Below the pieces are notes generated by a model that was given only the letters and a program-made list of their open reading frames with translations, was not told the origin of the DNA and did no database searches. The translations under genes were made by a program, and so were the position numbers. Positions 10,231-18,495 of a stretch of DNA of 64,000 nt are shown one piece after another. Positions within the stretch are counted from its first letter, which is position 1; every line of letters starts with the position of its first letter. The stretch comes from Candidatus Delongbacteria bacterium (lineage in GTDB: Bacteria; CAIWAD01): positions 7,586-71,585 of the forward strand of contig JBAYTZ010000018.1 of the NCBI GenBank assembly GCA_041675285.1. Direction: 5' to 3'.

Positions 10231-11553
10231 ATGCTGCGAGCCACCCTGTCCATACTAGGCACACGTCTCGCCACCCGTTTGGTCACGATGGCCGCGGGGA
10301 TCCTGATCGCGCGCACCATCGGTGTCAGCGAACAGGGCGTGCTTGGACTTTTATTGATGCTGGGCGGCCTGTTGGCCGGGATGGTGGACTTAGGGCTGGG
10401 CATGGGCGCTGTGTTTTTTGTCGGTCGGCAAGGGTGGCGCGAGGAGCGGTTCGCCGGTTTGGCCTTGCCCGTATTGTTGGTGGCCACTGTCGTGGGGTTG
10501 GGCCTCTTCTCTTGGCTGGCTACCACGTGGCTCACCGATTATGCCGTTGCGTTGGAAGGCGGCAATCTGGCCATCCTGGCACTCTTCGTTGTGGGCAACG
10601 CGTTCACCGAGCTCCTGCTCAATCTGTTCATCGCCCGGCAGCGCTTGCGGGAGTACAACCTGGCCGAAGTATTGTTCGCCGGGGTTATGCTCCTGGCCAC
10701 CTTGGTTCTTACCTACGTTGGAGCTGCCACTGCTGCGCCCTATTTCATCCTATACGGGGCCGCCCGCCTGCTCGTCTTCTTCTATCTGCTGACGCGGCTG
10801 GAGCACCGCCCAGTTGCCCCGGTCTGGCGCGAGTTACCCAACCTGTTGCGCTATAGTTTGACCCAGTGGTCGGCAAACCAGTTCAGCCAGCTCAGCGTCC
10901 GCGTGGATGCGCTGATGCTGGCCTGGTTCATTCCGCGCAGCCCGCGGATCTCGCTGGCGGATCTTGGCCTCTATACCATTTGTTTGCTCACCATCACACG
11001 GCTGATGGAGATCCAGCGCAGCATCCAGACTGCTTTTTTTTCCCGCGTGGCGGGGCTGGACGACGCTGCCGCCATAACGGCCACCAACTCCACTTACCGT
11101 CGCAGCTTCTTGGTCTACCTGCTGCTGTCCGCCCTTTTGATCCTGTTCGGCTGGCCCGTGCTCTGGCTGTACGGGCCGGATTTCACAGCCGCCTGGGGCG
11201 TGCTCACCGTTCTGGTGCTAGGAACCATTACGTTGCGCGGCAATGCCGGCATGCTGATGTTGTACTTCTCCACCGTGGACCGCAGCATTTACACTGTGCA
11301 CACCCACCAGATCACGTTGGTGGCGAATGTGCTGTTCAATGGACTGTTGATCCCGCGCTGGGGGAACATGGGCGCTGCGGTGGGCACCAGCCTGTCCTTT
11401 GCCGCGGGCAAACTCTATCTGCTTTGGCGTTACCAGCAGTTGACGGGCAGCCACTGGGCGCGGGATCTGCTTATCGGGCCGGCAGAAGCGCGAGAATCCA
11501 TTGGGGATCTGATCCGGGAGGTGCGGGAAATGCTGGGACAGAGAAGGTCTTGA
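10231..11553 (+). CDS. polysaccharide flippase (Wzx/MOP superfamily)
   Basis: About 440 aa with roughly 12 TM helices throughout. Sits in the glycan cluster after the GT2 gene. Confidence 0.6.
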   Translation: MLRATLSILGTRLATRLVTMAAGILIARTIGVSEQGVLGLLLMLGGLLAGMVDLGLGMGAVFFVGRQGWREERFAGLALPVLLVATVVGLGLFSWLATTWLTDYAVALEGGNLAILALFVVGNAFTELLLNLFIARQRLREYNLAEVLFAGVMLLATLVLTYVGAATAAPYFILYGAARLLVFFYLLTRLEHRPVAPVWRELPNLLRYSLTQWSANQFSQLSVRVDALMLAWFIPRSPRISLADLGLYTICLLTITRLMEIQRSIQTAFFSRVAGLDDAAAITATNSTYRRSFLVYLLLSALLILFGWPVLWLYGPDFTAAWGVLTVLVLGTITLRGNAGMLMLYFSTVDRSIYTVHTHQITLVANVLFNGLLIPRWGNMGAAVGTSLSFAAGKLYLLWRYQQLTGSHWARDLLIGPAEARESIGDLIREVREMLGQRRS

Positions 11554-11757
11554 AGGAACCCGCCTGGCACCGAAAAGCACCTAGAGCTGGCGCGCTGCCC
11601 TAGCGACGGGTCACCTGACCCATTGGTGCAGGACCGGCCACTGTGAATCCCCTTGTTGGTCGATGACCTTGCAGGTCCTGGCCGAACTGCATGCAGGGGC
11701 CAAACACCGGCGATCCATAGGTTGACGACCATACACCTGGCGCAAGATGGAGGACGC

Positions 11758-12657
11758 ATGACAGGCGGCGCACGGTTGTCGCGGGCGTTGTGGGGAAAGC
11801 GCGGCTGGGTGGCGCTGGGCGTGCTGCTGCTCCTGGCCCTGCTGGCCCTGCTCGGGCGCTGGGACACCCACCGACGGCGAGCCCGGCCGGATCTGGAACG
11901 GGCCGTGGCCCAGGCCGACGACAGCATTTTCACCGTGGCGCGGCTGCGGGCCTGGCTGGACGCGCAGCCCGACAGCCTCAGCCGCGAGGAGGTCCAGCAC
12001 TGGTTGGAAGGCTGGGTGGAGGACCAAATCCTCTATCAAGCGGCGGTCCGGCAGGGCCTGGATACGCTGGGCGGAGTCCGGGAGGAGCTGAAGCGCCTGC
12101 GCCTGCGCTACCTGCGCGGCCTGCTGGAGGAGCAGAGTCTGGCCGAGTCCCTGCGCATTTCCACCCTCGAGTTGAAGACCTGGGCGCGCGCCAATCAGGA
12201 TCTGCTGGCCCTGCCCGAACGGCAGCTCCGCTTCTCCTGGGTGGCGGGGGCGGACAGCCTGGCGCTGGCGCGATTGATTCCCGTGATCCAGCGCGACCAG
12301 CTCACCCGCAAGCGGCTGGAGGACCAGCGGCTGGGCAGCGGCCGGACGGAGTTCGTGACCCGCGGCGAGTTGCCCCTGGCCCACGCCGCGATCCTCCTGG
12401 GACTGAAGCTCCACCAGGCCTCGCCCGTGCTGCGCGGCCCGGAAGGCTGGATGGTCTATCAGCTGGAGGAAGTGCGCCCGGTGGGCTGGGTGCCCGACCC
12501 CGACCAGCACGAAGAGCTGGTGCGGGCCGCCATGCTGCAGGATCTGCGCTGGAAACGGCTGCAGTCGCGCCTGGAGACGCTGCGCCAGGAGGCGGTCTGG
12601 AAGGTGGATCTGACCCCGCTGCTCGAGGTGGAGATCGGCGTGCCGCCCGCCCGTTGA
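11758..12657 (+). CDS. membrane-anchored SurA-N / parvulin-like chaperone (PpiD-like, probably a degenerate PPIase)
   Basis: N-terminal TM WVALGVLLLLALLALL. SurA_N-like segment DDSIFTVARLRAWL...EDQILYQAAVRQGLD. C-terminal GWMVYQLEEVRP resembles the parvulin GWHII motif. GGAGGA SD before the ATG at 11758. Confidence 0.4.
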   Translation: MTGGARLSRALWGKRGWVALGVLLLLALLALLGRWDTHRRRARPDLERAVAQADDSIFTVARLRAWLDAQPDSLSREEVQHWLEGWVEDQILYQAAVRQGLDTLGGVREELKRLRLRYLRGLLEEQSLAESLRISTLELKTWARANQDLLALPERQLRFSWVAGADSLALARLIPVIQRDQLTRKRLEDQRLGSGRTEFVTRGELPLAHAAILLGLKLHQASPVLRGPEGWMVYQLEEVRPVGWVPDPDQHEELVRAAMLQDLRWKRLQSRLETLRQEAVWKVDLTPLLEVEIGVPPAR

Positions 12658-12677
12658 GACGCCGGGCGCTGGATGGG

Positions 12678-13778
12678 TCAGGCTGATTTGCCAAGAAGCT
12701 TGCCGCTGCCTGACAGGAGGCGCAGGTAGAGCTGGTCCAGCTCGGACTCTGATCCAGGACATGGCGGTACATTCGCCGGAGGCCGCAGGCGGCCCTCTAA
12801 CACGGCTTGGATTTTATCCGCCAGGTCAACGACATCCCCACTGTGATACAGCAGCGCCCCCGGTTGGCGCGGCGCGGCGTCGCTGGCGAGCACGGGTTTA
12901 CCCAGGGCAAGGGCCTCCACCACGGTCAGGCCGAAGCTCTCGAACCGGGTGGTCCTCAGAACGAGGTCGGAGGCCGCGATGGCCGGGACGAACTCATCAT
13001 GCAGTGATTCATGCCAAAGCACCCGCTCGCGAAGGGTCGGGTCCTCGCACTCCCTTTTCAACTTGATGTAGTGGGCCCTCTCCTCGGGGGTCTGGCTGCT
13101 GATGGAAGTGATGTAGAGTAGCAGCTTTGCGGGCGAACCTCGTTCCACCAGCAGGCGCATGGCGGCCAGCAGCTGGTCGAAGCCGTAAAGATCGCCTACT
13201 GGTCTTAGACGCACGGCGCCGTTTGCGACAAGCAACGGTCCGCCCCTGGCGACGAAGGACCTCACCTCTGCTGGCAGGCTTGCCTGGCCGGTACCGGGAG
13301 GCGGCGTGACCCAGGGATGGATCAGATGCTGGTTGGGCCTGCAGCCCAACTGGGGCAGCAACGCCTCTCTCGCGCCTTTGCCCACCAGGACCAGCGCTTG
13401 AACCCGGCGCAGGTTCCAGATCACCAGACGGGCGAGCCAGGATCCCACGGGTCCGAACTGCTCATGGGGTTCGGCGGTATGCAGAGTCGCGACAACGAGG
13501 CAGCCGCGCAGCTGGAAGAGCCAGAGCAGGGCGCGGAACTTCAAGTTGGTACTGTGCACGTGTAACACGTCGGGGGGGTGACACAGGAGATGCAGGCATA
13601 AGCGACCCCAGGACATACGGGGCAGAATCAACTCGCTCGGTTCGGCCGAGTCCGGGGACTCGTTGTACACGCGCACGTGGTTGCCCTGGCCCGCCTGATG
13701 GAAGGTCAGGCGCATCACATGCACGGAAACGCCGCCCAAGGGAGGTGGCCAGCAGCCCACATGCACGATGTGGGTCAC
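12678..13778 (-). CDS. glycosyltransferase family 4
   Basis: C-terminal RFESFGLTVVEALALGKPVLASD. GTG start at 13778 overlaps the stop of the upstream gene (GTGA). The track ORF was extended to 14021 over the neighbour; that part was trimmed. Confidence 0.65.
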   Translation of the reverse strand: MTHIVHVGCWPPPLGGVSVHVMRLTFHQAGQGNHVRVYNESPDSAEPSELILPRMSWGRLCLHLLCHPPDVLHVHSTNLKFRALLWLFQLRGCLVVATLHTAEPHEQFGPVGSWLARLVIWNLRRVQALVLVGKGAREALLPQLGCRPNQHLIHPWVTPPPGTGQASLPAEVRSFVARGGPLLVANGAVRLRPVGDLYGFDQLLAAMRLLVERGSPAKLLLYITSISSQTPEERAHYIKLKRECEDPTLRERVLWHESLHDEFVPAIAASDLVLRTTRFESFGLTVVEALALGKPVLASDAAPRQPGALLYHSGDVVDLADKIQAVLEGRLRPPANVPPCPGSESELDQLYLRLLSGSGKLLGKSA

Positions 13779-15070
13779 GGTCGGCGGTCCACGATCAGGC
13801 TCCGCAGGACTTCCGCGTATTCGTGGAACAGCCGCTCGCATGAGTATTGCGCATAGTGCCCGGGTCCGATCTCGTAGTGGGCGGCGCAATCGTGACGCTT
13901 CTCCAGCAGGCGCAGCAGCGCCGCGGCGATCCCCTCCGGATCTGTGAACTCTGCCCACTCGCCCAGCCTGTGCGTCCGGGTCACCAGTTCCTTGAGGATG
14001 CCCGGCGGCGAGGCGACCCACAAGGGCTGCCCCAGCCGCATGTATTCCCAGGTCTTGCCCGGATAGACGATCTCGATGCCCGGCGCATCGAACAGGTTGA
14101 GCAGGAGGATGTCGGCGCGGCTCAATTCCTGCAAAGAGCGATCGTGCGGTAGGAAGCCCAGCAGGCGGAAGCTCTCCCGGTTGGCGAAGCCGGCGATCTG
14201 CCGCAGGGTGCCGGCGTCGCAGTGGCCGATGATCTCCACCACCAGCTCCCGGCGCAGCCCGGGCTGGGCGGCGAACACGCGCGACAGGGCGCCGTCGATG
14301 TACTCCAGCGTGCGCGGGCCGGCCACACCCCCTGTGCTGCCTGCGTAGGAGATCAGGCAGCGGTCCGGTTCCCGCGGCAGTGGTTCGAAAGCGAAGTCAT
14401 CCTCGTCGTAGCCCGAGAGAATGGTCCGGCCCCGCTCCGGTCGGCGCAACTGCCGCTTCACCCAGGCCGTCATCCCCGGCGTGCAACTCACCACCAGGTC
14501 GCACTGGTTGAGCGTCCAGCGCTCCAGCCGCTTCTGGCACCAGCGAAACCATGAGTGTTTGGGCGTGGCGATGGGGTCCAGCGCCCACATGTCGCGAAAC
14601 TCCAGCACCATTGGCAGCTTGGGAAAATGTCTACGCAGCATTGGGATTAGCAGACCTGTGGAGCTGGGCGGCAGGGTGACCAGGACAATCTGCAGATCGT
14701 GTTCGTGGATCAGCCGGCGGGCCTCCGCGGCCATGCGCGGAAGGTAGCGGAAGCGGTTGTCCGGGAAGGGCAGGATGCTGCGCAGCAGCCGGCCCGCCAG
14801 GCGCAGGTGGCCGGGCCGGGCGGTGTTGTCTTCCACCGTGGGCGGCGCGGGATGCGGGTTGGCCACGTGCAGGTGCAAGCCCTGCACATCCGGCGCATAG
14901 GACGGATCGCCCGCCTCGGACTCCCAGCCCCCGCACAGGACGTGTACGTCCCAACCCTCGCGGCGCAGGTACTTGGCCAGCTTGATGGCGCGGATGGCGC
15001 TCCCACACCCATTGAACGGATAGAAGAAGTACGAGATGAGCAGGATGCGGGGCCGCTCCACGGGATTCAC
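13775..15070 (-). CDS. glycosyltransferase, GT4-like (paralog 2 of 2)
   Basis: ILLISYFFYPFNGCGSAIRAIKLAKYL...FPDNRFRYLPRM is collinear with the 5160..6440 product. Confidence 0.6.
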   Translation of the reverse strand: MNPVERPRILLISYFFYPFNGCGSAIRAIKLAKYLRREGWDVHVLCGGWESEAGDPSYAPDVQGLHLHVANPHPAPPTVEDNTARPGHLRLAGRLLRSILPFPDNRFRYLPRMAAEARRLIHEHDLQIVLVTLPPSSTGLLIPMLRRHFPKLPMVLEFRDMWALDPIATPKHSWFRWCQKRLERWTLNQCDLVVSCTPGMTAWVKRQLRRPERGRTILSGYDEDDFAFEPLPREPDRCLISYAGSTGGVAGPRTLEYIDGALSRVFAAQPGLRRELVVEIIGHCDAGTLRQIAGFANRESFRLLGFLPHDRSLQELSRADILLLNLFDAPGIEIVYPGKTWEYMRLGQPLWVASPPGILKELVTRTHRLGEWAEFTDPEGIAAALLRLLEKRHDCAAHYEIGPGHYAQYSCERLFHEYAEVLRSLIVDRRP

Positions 15071-15073
15071 CTC

Positions 15074-16066
15074 TCAGGCCCCCAGGGCTGCGTCGATGCG
15101 ATCCTGATGACTGCGGAACCAATTCACGGTTTTTGACAGGCCCGTTTCCAGATCCACCGTGGCCCGCCACTCGGGCAGCTCCGGGCTGCCCGGCACGAAG
15201 TGGCGGTGCAGGGTCTCCCAGGAGCGGACGGGCATCTGGGAGATGCCGGCCGGGTTGCCGGTCAGGCGGTTGATGGTCTGGGCCAGTTCCAGGGCCGAGG
15301 TGCTGACCCCGCTGGACAAGCGCAGGCAGCGCCCGGCCAGGTCGGGTCGCGCGGCGGCGGCGAGGAAACCGGCCACGATGTCGCCCACGTAGGTGTAGTC
15401 GCGGCTGCTGGAGCCGTCCCCGATCACGGGCAACGGCAGCCCGCGCAGGGCGCGGTGAATGAAGTTCGGGATCACGTTGCGGTAGGGGCCGGGCAGTTCG
15501 CCGGGGCCGTAGCTGTTGAAGATCCGCACCGTGCTGAACGAGAGCCCCTGCTCGCGGTGGAAGTAGTAGCCGTAGAACTCGCCCAGGGCCTTGGTGATCT
15601 GGTAGGGTGTCTTGAGCAGCAATTCCACCCGACCCGGCGCGGTGCCGGCTTCGAGACCGTCGTCGATGGCGCTGGTGGAGGCGTAGACCACCCGCTCCAC
15701 GCCCAGGCGCTGGCAGTCGCGCAACAGGGCCAGGCAGCCCCGGCCGTTGACCTCCAGGTCGTCCTCGGGATGGTCCACTGAGTTCTGGTTGGCAAAAAAG
15801 GCCGCCAGGTGGAACACGACCGTCGGCCGGGCGTTGAAGGCCAGCTCCCGGGCGGCGGGGTCGCAGATGCTGCCGCGGATGAAATTCACGCGCGGATCCA
15901 CGGGCAGATTCCAGGGAACCGCGGAACTCAGGTCATCCAGCACGCTGACGCGCCCGGCCTGGCGGGCCAGCAAGGCGGCCACCAGATTGGAGCCGATGGC
16001 CCCGGCGCCGCCGGTGACCAGGACCTCCCGGTCCATGAAGAACTCCTGCGGCGTCGAAGGGCTCAT
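15074..16066 (-). CDS. NAD-dependent epimerase/dehydratase (SDR family, UDP-sugar 4-epimerase / decarboxylase type)
   Basis: VLVTGGAGAIGSNL Rossmann motif and YxxxK region (YASTSA...). Start is at M28 or M38 of the track ORF, so it is uncertain by about 30 nt. Confidence 0.75.
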   Translation of the reverse strand: MSPSTPQEFFMDREVLVTGGAGAIGSNLVAALLARQAGRVSVLDDLSSAVPWNLPVDPRVNFIRGSICDPAARELAFNARPTVVFHLAAFFANQNSVDHPEDDLEVNGRGCLALLRDCQRLGVERVVYASTSAIDDGLEAGTAPGRVELLLKTPYQITKALGEFYGYYFHREQGLSFSTVRIFNSYGPGELPGPYRNVIPNFIHRALRGLPLPVIGDGSSSRDYTYVGDIVAGFLAAAARPDLAGRCLRLSSGVSTSALELAQTINRLTGNPAGISQMPVRSWETLHRHFVPGSPELPEWRATVDLETGLSKTVNWFRSHQDRIDAALGA

Positions 16067-16236
16067 GCAGTGGTCCCCTTGCTGAATCGGTGCGGTCACG
16101 CGCCGCAGGCAGGGCGCAAAGTAGAGATCGGCGCTGGATCGCCGCAAATCCCCGCGCCCGTCCCTCCCCAGCCCTGCTTTGTTAGGTTGTGCCGCCGAAC
16201 CGAACCCGGCCTGGGCCGGTGAACCACGGGAGAATC

Positions 16237-17538
16237 ATGAGCTGGATGCGCATCCTGCCGGCCTGTCTGCTGGCCTGTCTGTTCCTGCGGCCCCTGGCCG
16301 CCCAGGAGACCCTTGACCGCGTGCTGGTGGTGGTGGACGAGGCCGTGATCCTCGAGAGCGAGGTGGGCCAGGAACTGCAGCGCTACCTGATGGAGAACAA
16401 GCTGGATCCGGCCACCTTGGGCGGCGAGCGGCTCGAGGAAGTCAAGTTCGACCTGGTCCAGGCGATGATCGACAACAAGGTCCTCTACGCCGTGGCCCGC
16501 CAGGACACCAACATCGTGGTCACGGACAAGGACGTGGAGCGCCGCGTCCAGGACCGGATGGACGAGATCCTGCGCCAGGTGGGCAGCGAGCGCCGGCTGG
16601 AGGAGATGATGGGCCAGCCCGCCAAGGCCATTCGTCACACGCTGGAAAGCGGCATGCGCGAGCGGATCTACGTGGAGGAGGCCCAGCGTCGCAAGCTGGG
16701 CAAGGTGGAAGTGACCCGCCAGGAAGTGGAGGAGTTCTTCAGCGCCTGGCAGGACAGCCTGCCCCAGGTGGGCGAATCCGTCCGCCTCTCCCACATCTTC
16801 CTGACCTGGAAGACCTCGCCGGCCAGCGAGGCCCGTGCCCGCGCCCTGGCCGACAGCCTGCACGCCCTGCTGAGCGCCGATCCCGCCCGCCTGGGCGAGC
16901 TGGCCGCCGCCTTCAGCCAGGATCCGGGCAGCGCGGCCGCGGCGGGCTCCATCGGCCGCACCAAGCGCGGCAACCTCGTGCGCCCCTATGAAGAGGCCGC
17001 CTACCGGCTCAATCCCGGCGAGCTGGCGCCGCCCGTGCGCTCGGAGTACGGCTGGCACCTGATTCGGCTGGACGCCCGGGAGGGCGAGTACATCGAGACC
17101 AGCCATATCCTGATCAAGCTGGAGCCCACGGCGGAGGACCGGCAGCTGATCTACGACCGCGCGGACTCGCTCTACAGCGCGCTCCAGGGCGGGGCGGATT
17201 TCGCCCAGCTGGCCACGCGCTACACGGATCATGCCCTGACGCGCCAGAACGGCGGCGACCTGGGCTGGCTCGAGCTGGAGCAGTTGCAGCCCCTGCTGCG
17301 CTCGCGCGTGCGGGACCTGAAGGAGAACGAGCTGAGCCGGCCCCTGCGCGGGGAGGTGGAGGGCAAGGAGGGCGTGCAGATCGTCCGTCTGCAGGAGCGC
17401 CGCCCGGCCCGCCAGCCCAACCTGGACGCCGACTGGAGCCAGCTGGAGATCATGGCGCTGAACTTCAAGAAGCAGCGGCTGCTGAAGGAGTGGGCCACCC
17501 AGTTGCGGGAGCGGGTCTACATCCAGGTGGTGGATTGA
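16237..17538 (+). CDS. surA: periplasmic chaperone / peptidyl-prolyl isomerase SurA
   Basis: Signal peptide, a SurA_N domain, and two parvulin-like regions (...GDLGWLELEQL...). Confidence 0.7.
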   Translation: MSWMRILPACLLACLFLRPLAAQETLDRVLVVVDEAVILESEVGQELQRYLMENKLDPATLGGERLEEVKFDLVQAMIDNKVLYAVARQDTNIVVTDKDVERRVQDRMDEILRQVGSERRLEEMMGQPAKAIRHTLESGMRERIYVEEAQRRKLGKVEVTRQEVEEFFSAWQDSLPQVGESVRLSHIFLTWKTSPASEARARALADSLHALLSADPARLGELAAAFSQDPGSAAAAGSIGRTKRGNLVRPYEEAAYRLNPGELAPPVRSEYGWHLIRLDAREGEYIETSHILIKLEPTAEDRQLIYDRADSLYSALQGGADFAQLATRYTDHALTRQNGGDLGWLELEQLQPLLRSRVRDLKENELSRPLRGEVEGKEGVQIVRLQERRPARQPNLDADWSQLEIMALNFKKQRLLKEWATQLRERVYIQVVD

Positions 17539-17564
17539 GAGTGAGCGCGCCACGTGGCGCGCGG

Positions 17565-18248
17565 ATGCTGGCCGCGCTGGTCCTGGCGCTGCTGATCACG
17601 GTGTCCGCGCCGGCCCAGGGGACGATTCCGCTGGCGCGCCTGAAGTACGACGGCGGCGGGGACTGGTACGCCAATCCCAGCAGCCTGCCCAACCTGCTGC
17701 GCTTCGTGCGCGAGCAGACGGGCCTGCCCATGGAGGAGAAGGAGCGGGTGGTGGAGCCGGAGGATCCCGAGCTCTTCTCGTGTTCCTACCTCTATCTGAC
17801 GGGCCACGGGCGCCTCTCCTTCAGCCCGGCCCAGGCCGAGCGCCTGCGGGCCTGGCTGCTGGGCGGGGGCTTCCTGCACGCCGACGACAACTACGGCCTG
17901 GACGCCCACTTCCGCCGCGAGATCAAGCGCGTGCTGCCCGAATACGAGCTGGTGGAGGTGCCCTTCGACCACCCGCTGTATCACGCGTGGTTTCCGTTTC
18001 CGCAGGGCTTGCCGAAGATCCACGAACACGACGGCAAGCCGCCGCGGGGCTGGGGGATCTTCATCGACGGCCGGCTGGCCGTCTTCTACGACTGGGAGTG
18101 CGACCTGGGGGACGGCTGGGAGGATCCCGACGTGCACCAGGATCCGCCGGAGCTGCGTCGCAAGGCGCTTGAGATGGGCACCAACCTGATCGTGCACGCC
18201 CTGGGCGCCGGCCCCGACCGGTTGCCTCGGGCCGGACAAGTGGACTGA
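17565..18248 (+). CDS. DUF4159-domain protein
   Basis: Signal peptide. LKYDGGGDWYANPSSLPNLL and the overall ~220-aa architecture match DUF4159 proteins of FCB bacteria. Immediately followed by a DUF4175-like gene. Confidence 0.5.
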   Translation: MLAALVLALLITVSAPAQGTIPLARLKYDGGGDWYANPSSLPNLLRFVREQTGLPMEEKERVVEPEDPELFSCSYLYLTGHGRLSFSPAQAERLRAWLLGGGFLHADDNYGLDAHFRREIKRVLPEYELVEVPFDHPLYHAWFPFPQGLPKIHEHDGKPPRGWGIFIDGRLAVFYDWECDLGDGWEDPDVHQDPPELRRKALEMGTNLIVHALGAGPDRLPRAGQVD

Positions 18249-18495
18249 TTCTCGTGAGATGTCGGATGATGATGCGTCCACACCGTCCAGTGCAAGGCGC
18301 AGCGCCGCAGGCGTAGCGGGGCTACGCCAAGGGGCTGCAACGCAGCAATGGGCGGCGTGGGCACTTCCCGTAGGGTTTGCGTCAAAGATGGAACCAACTC
18401 ACTTCTCTCAGAAGCAGCAAACAGCATCTGACAGATCACGGGAATCAGTCCACTAGGGACCCCGGGTCGCTGATCCGGGGAGGAAGGGCAGCGTC

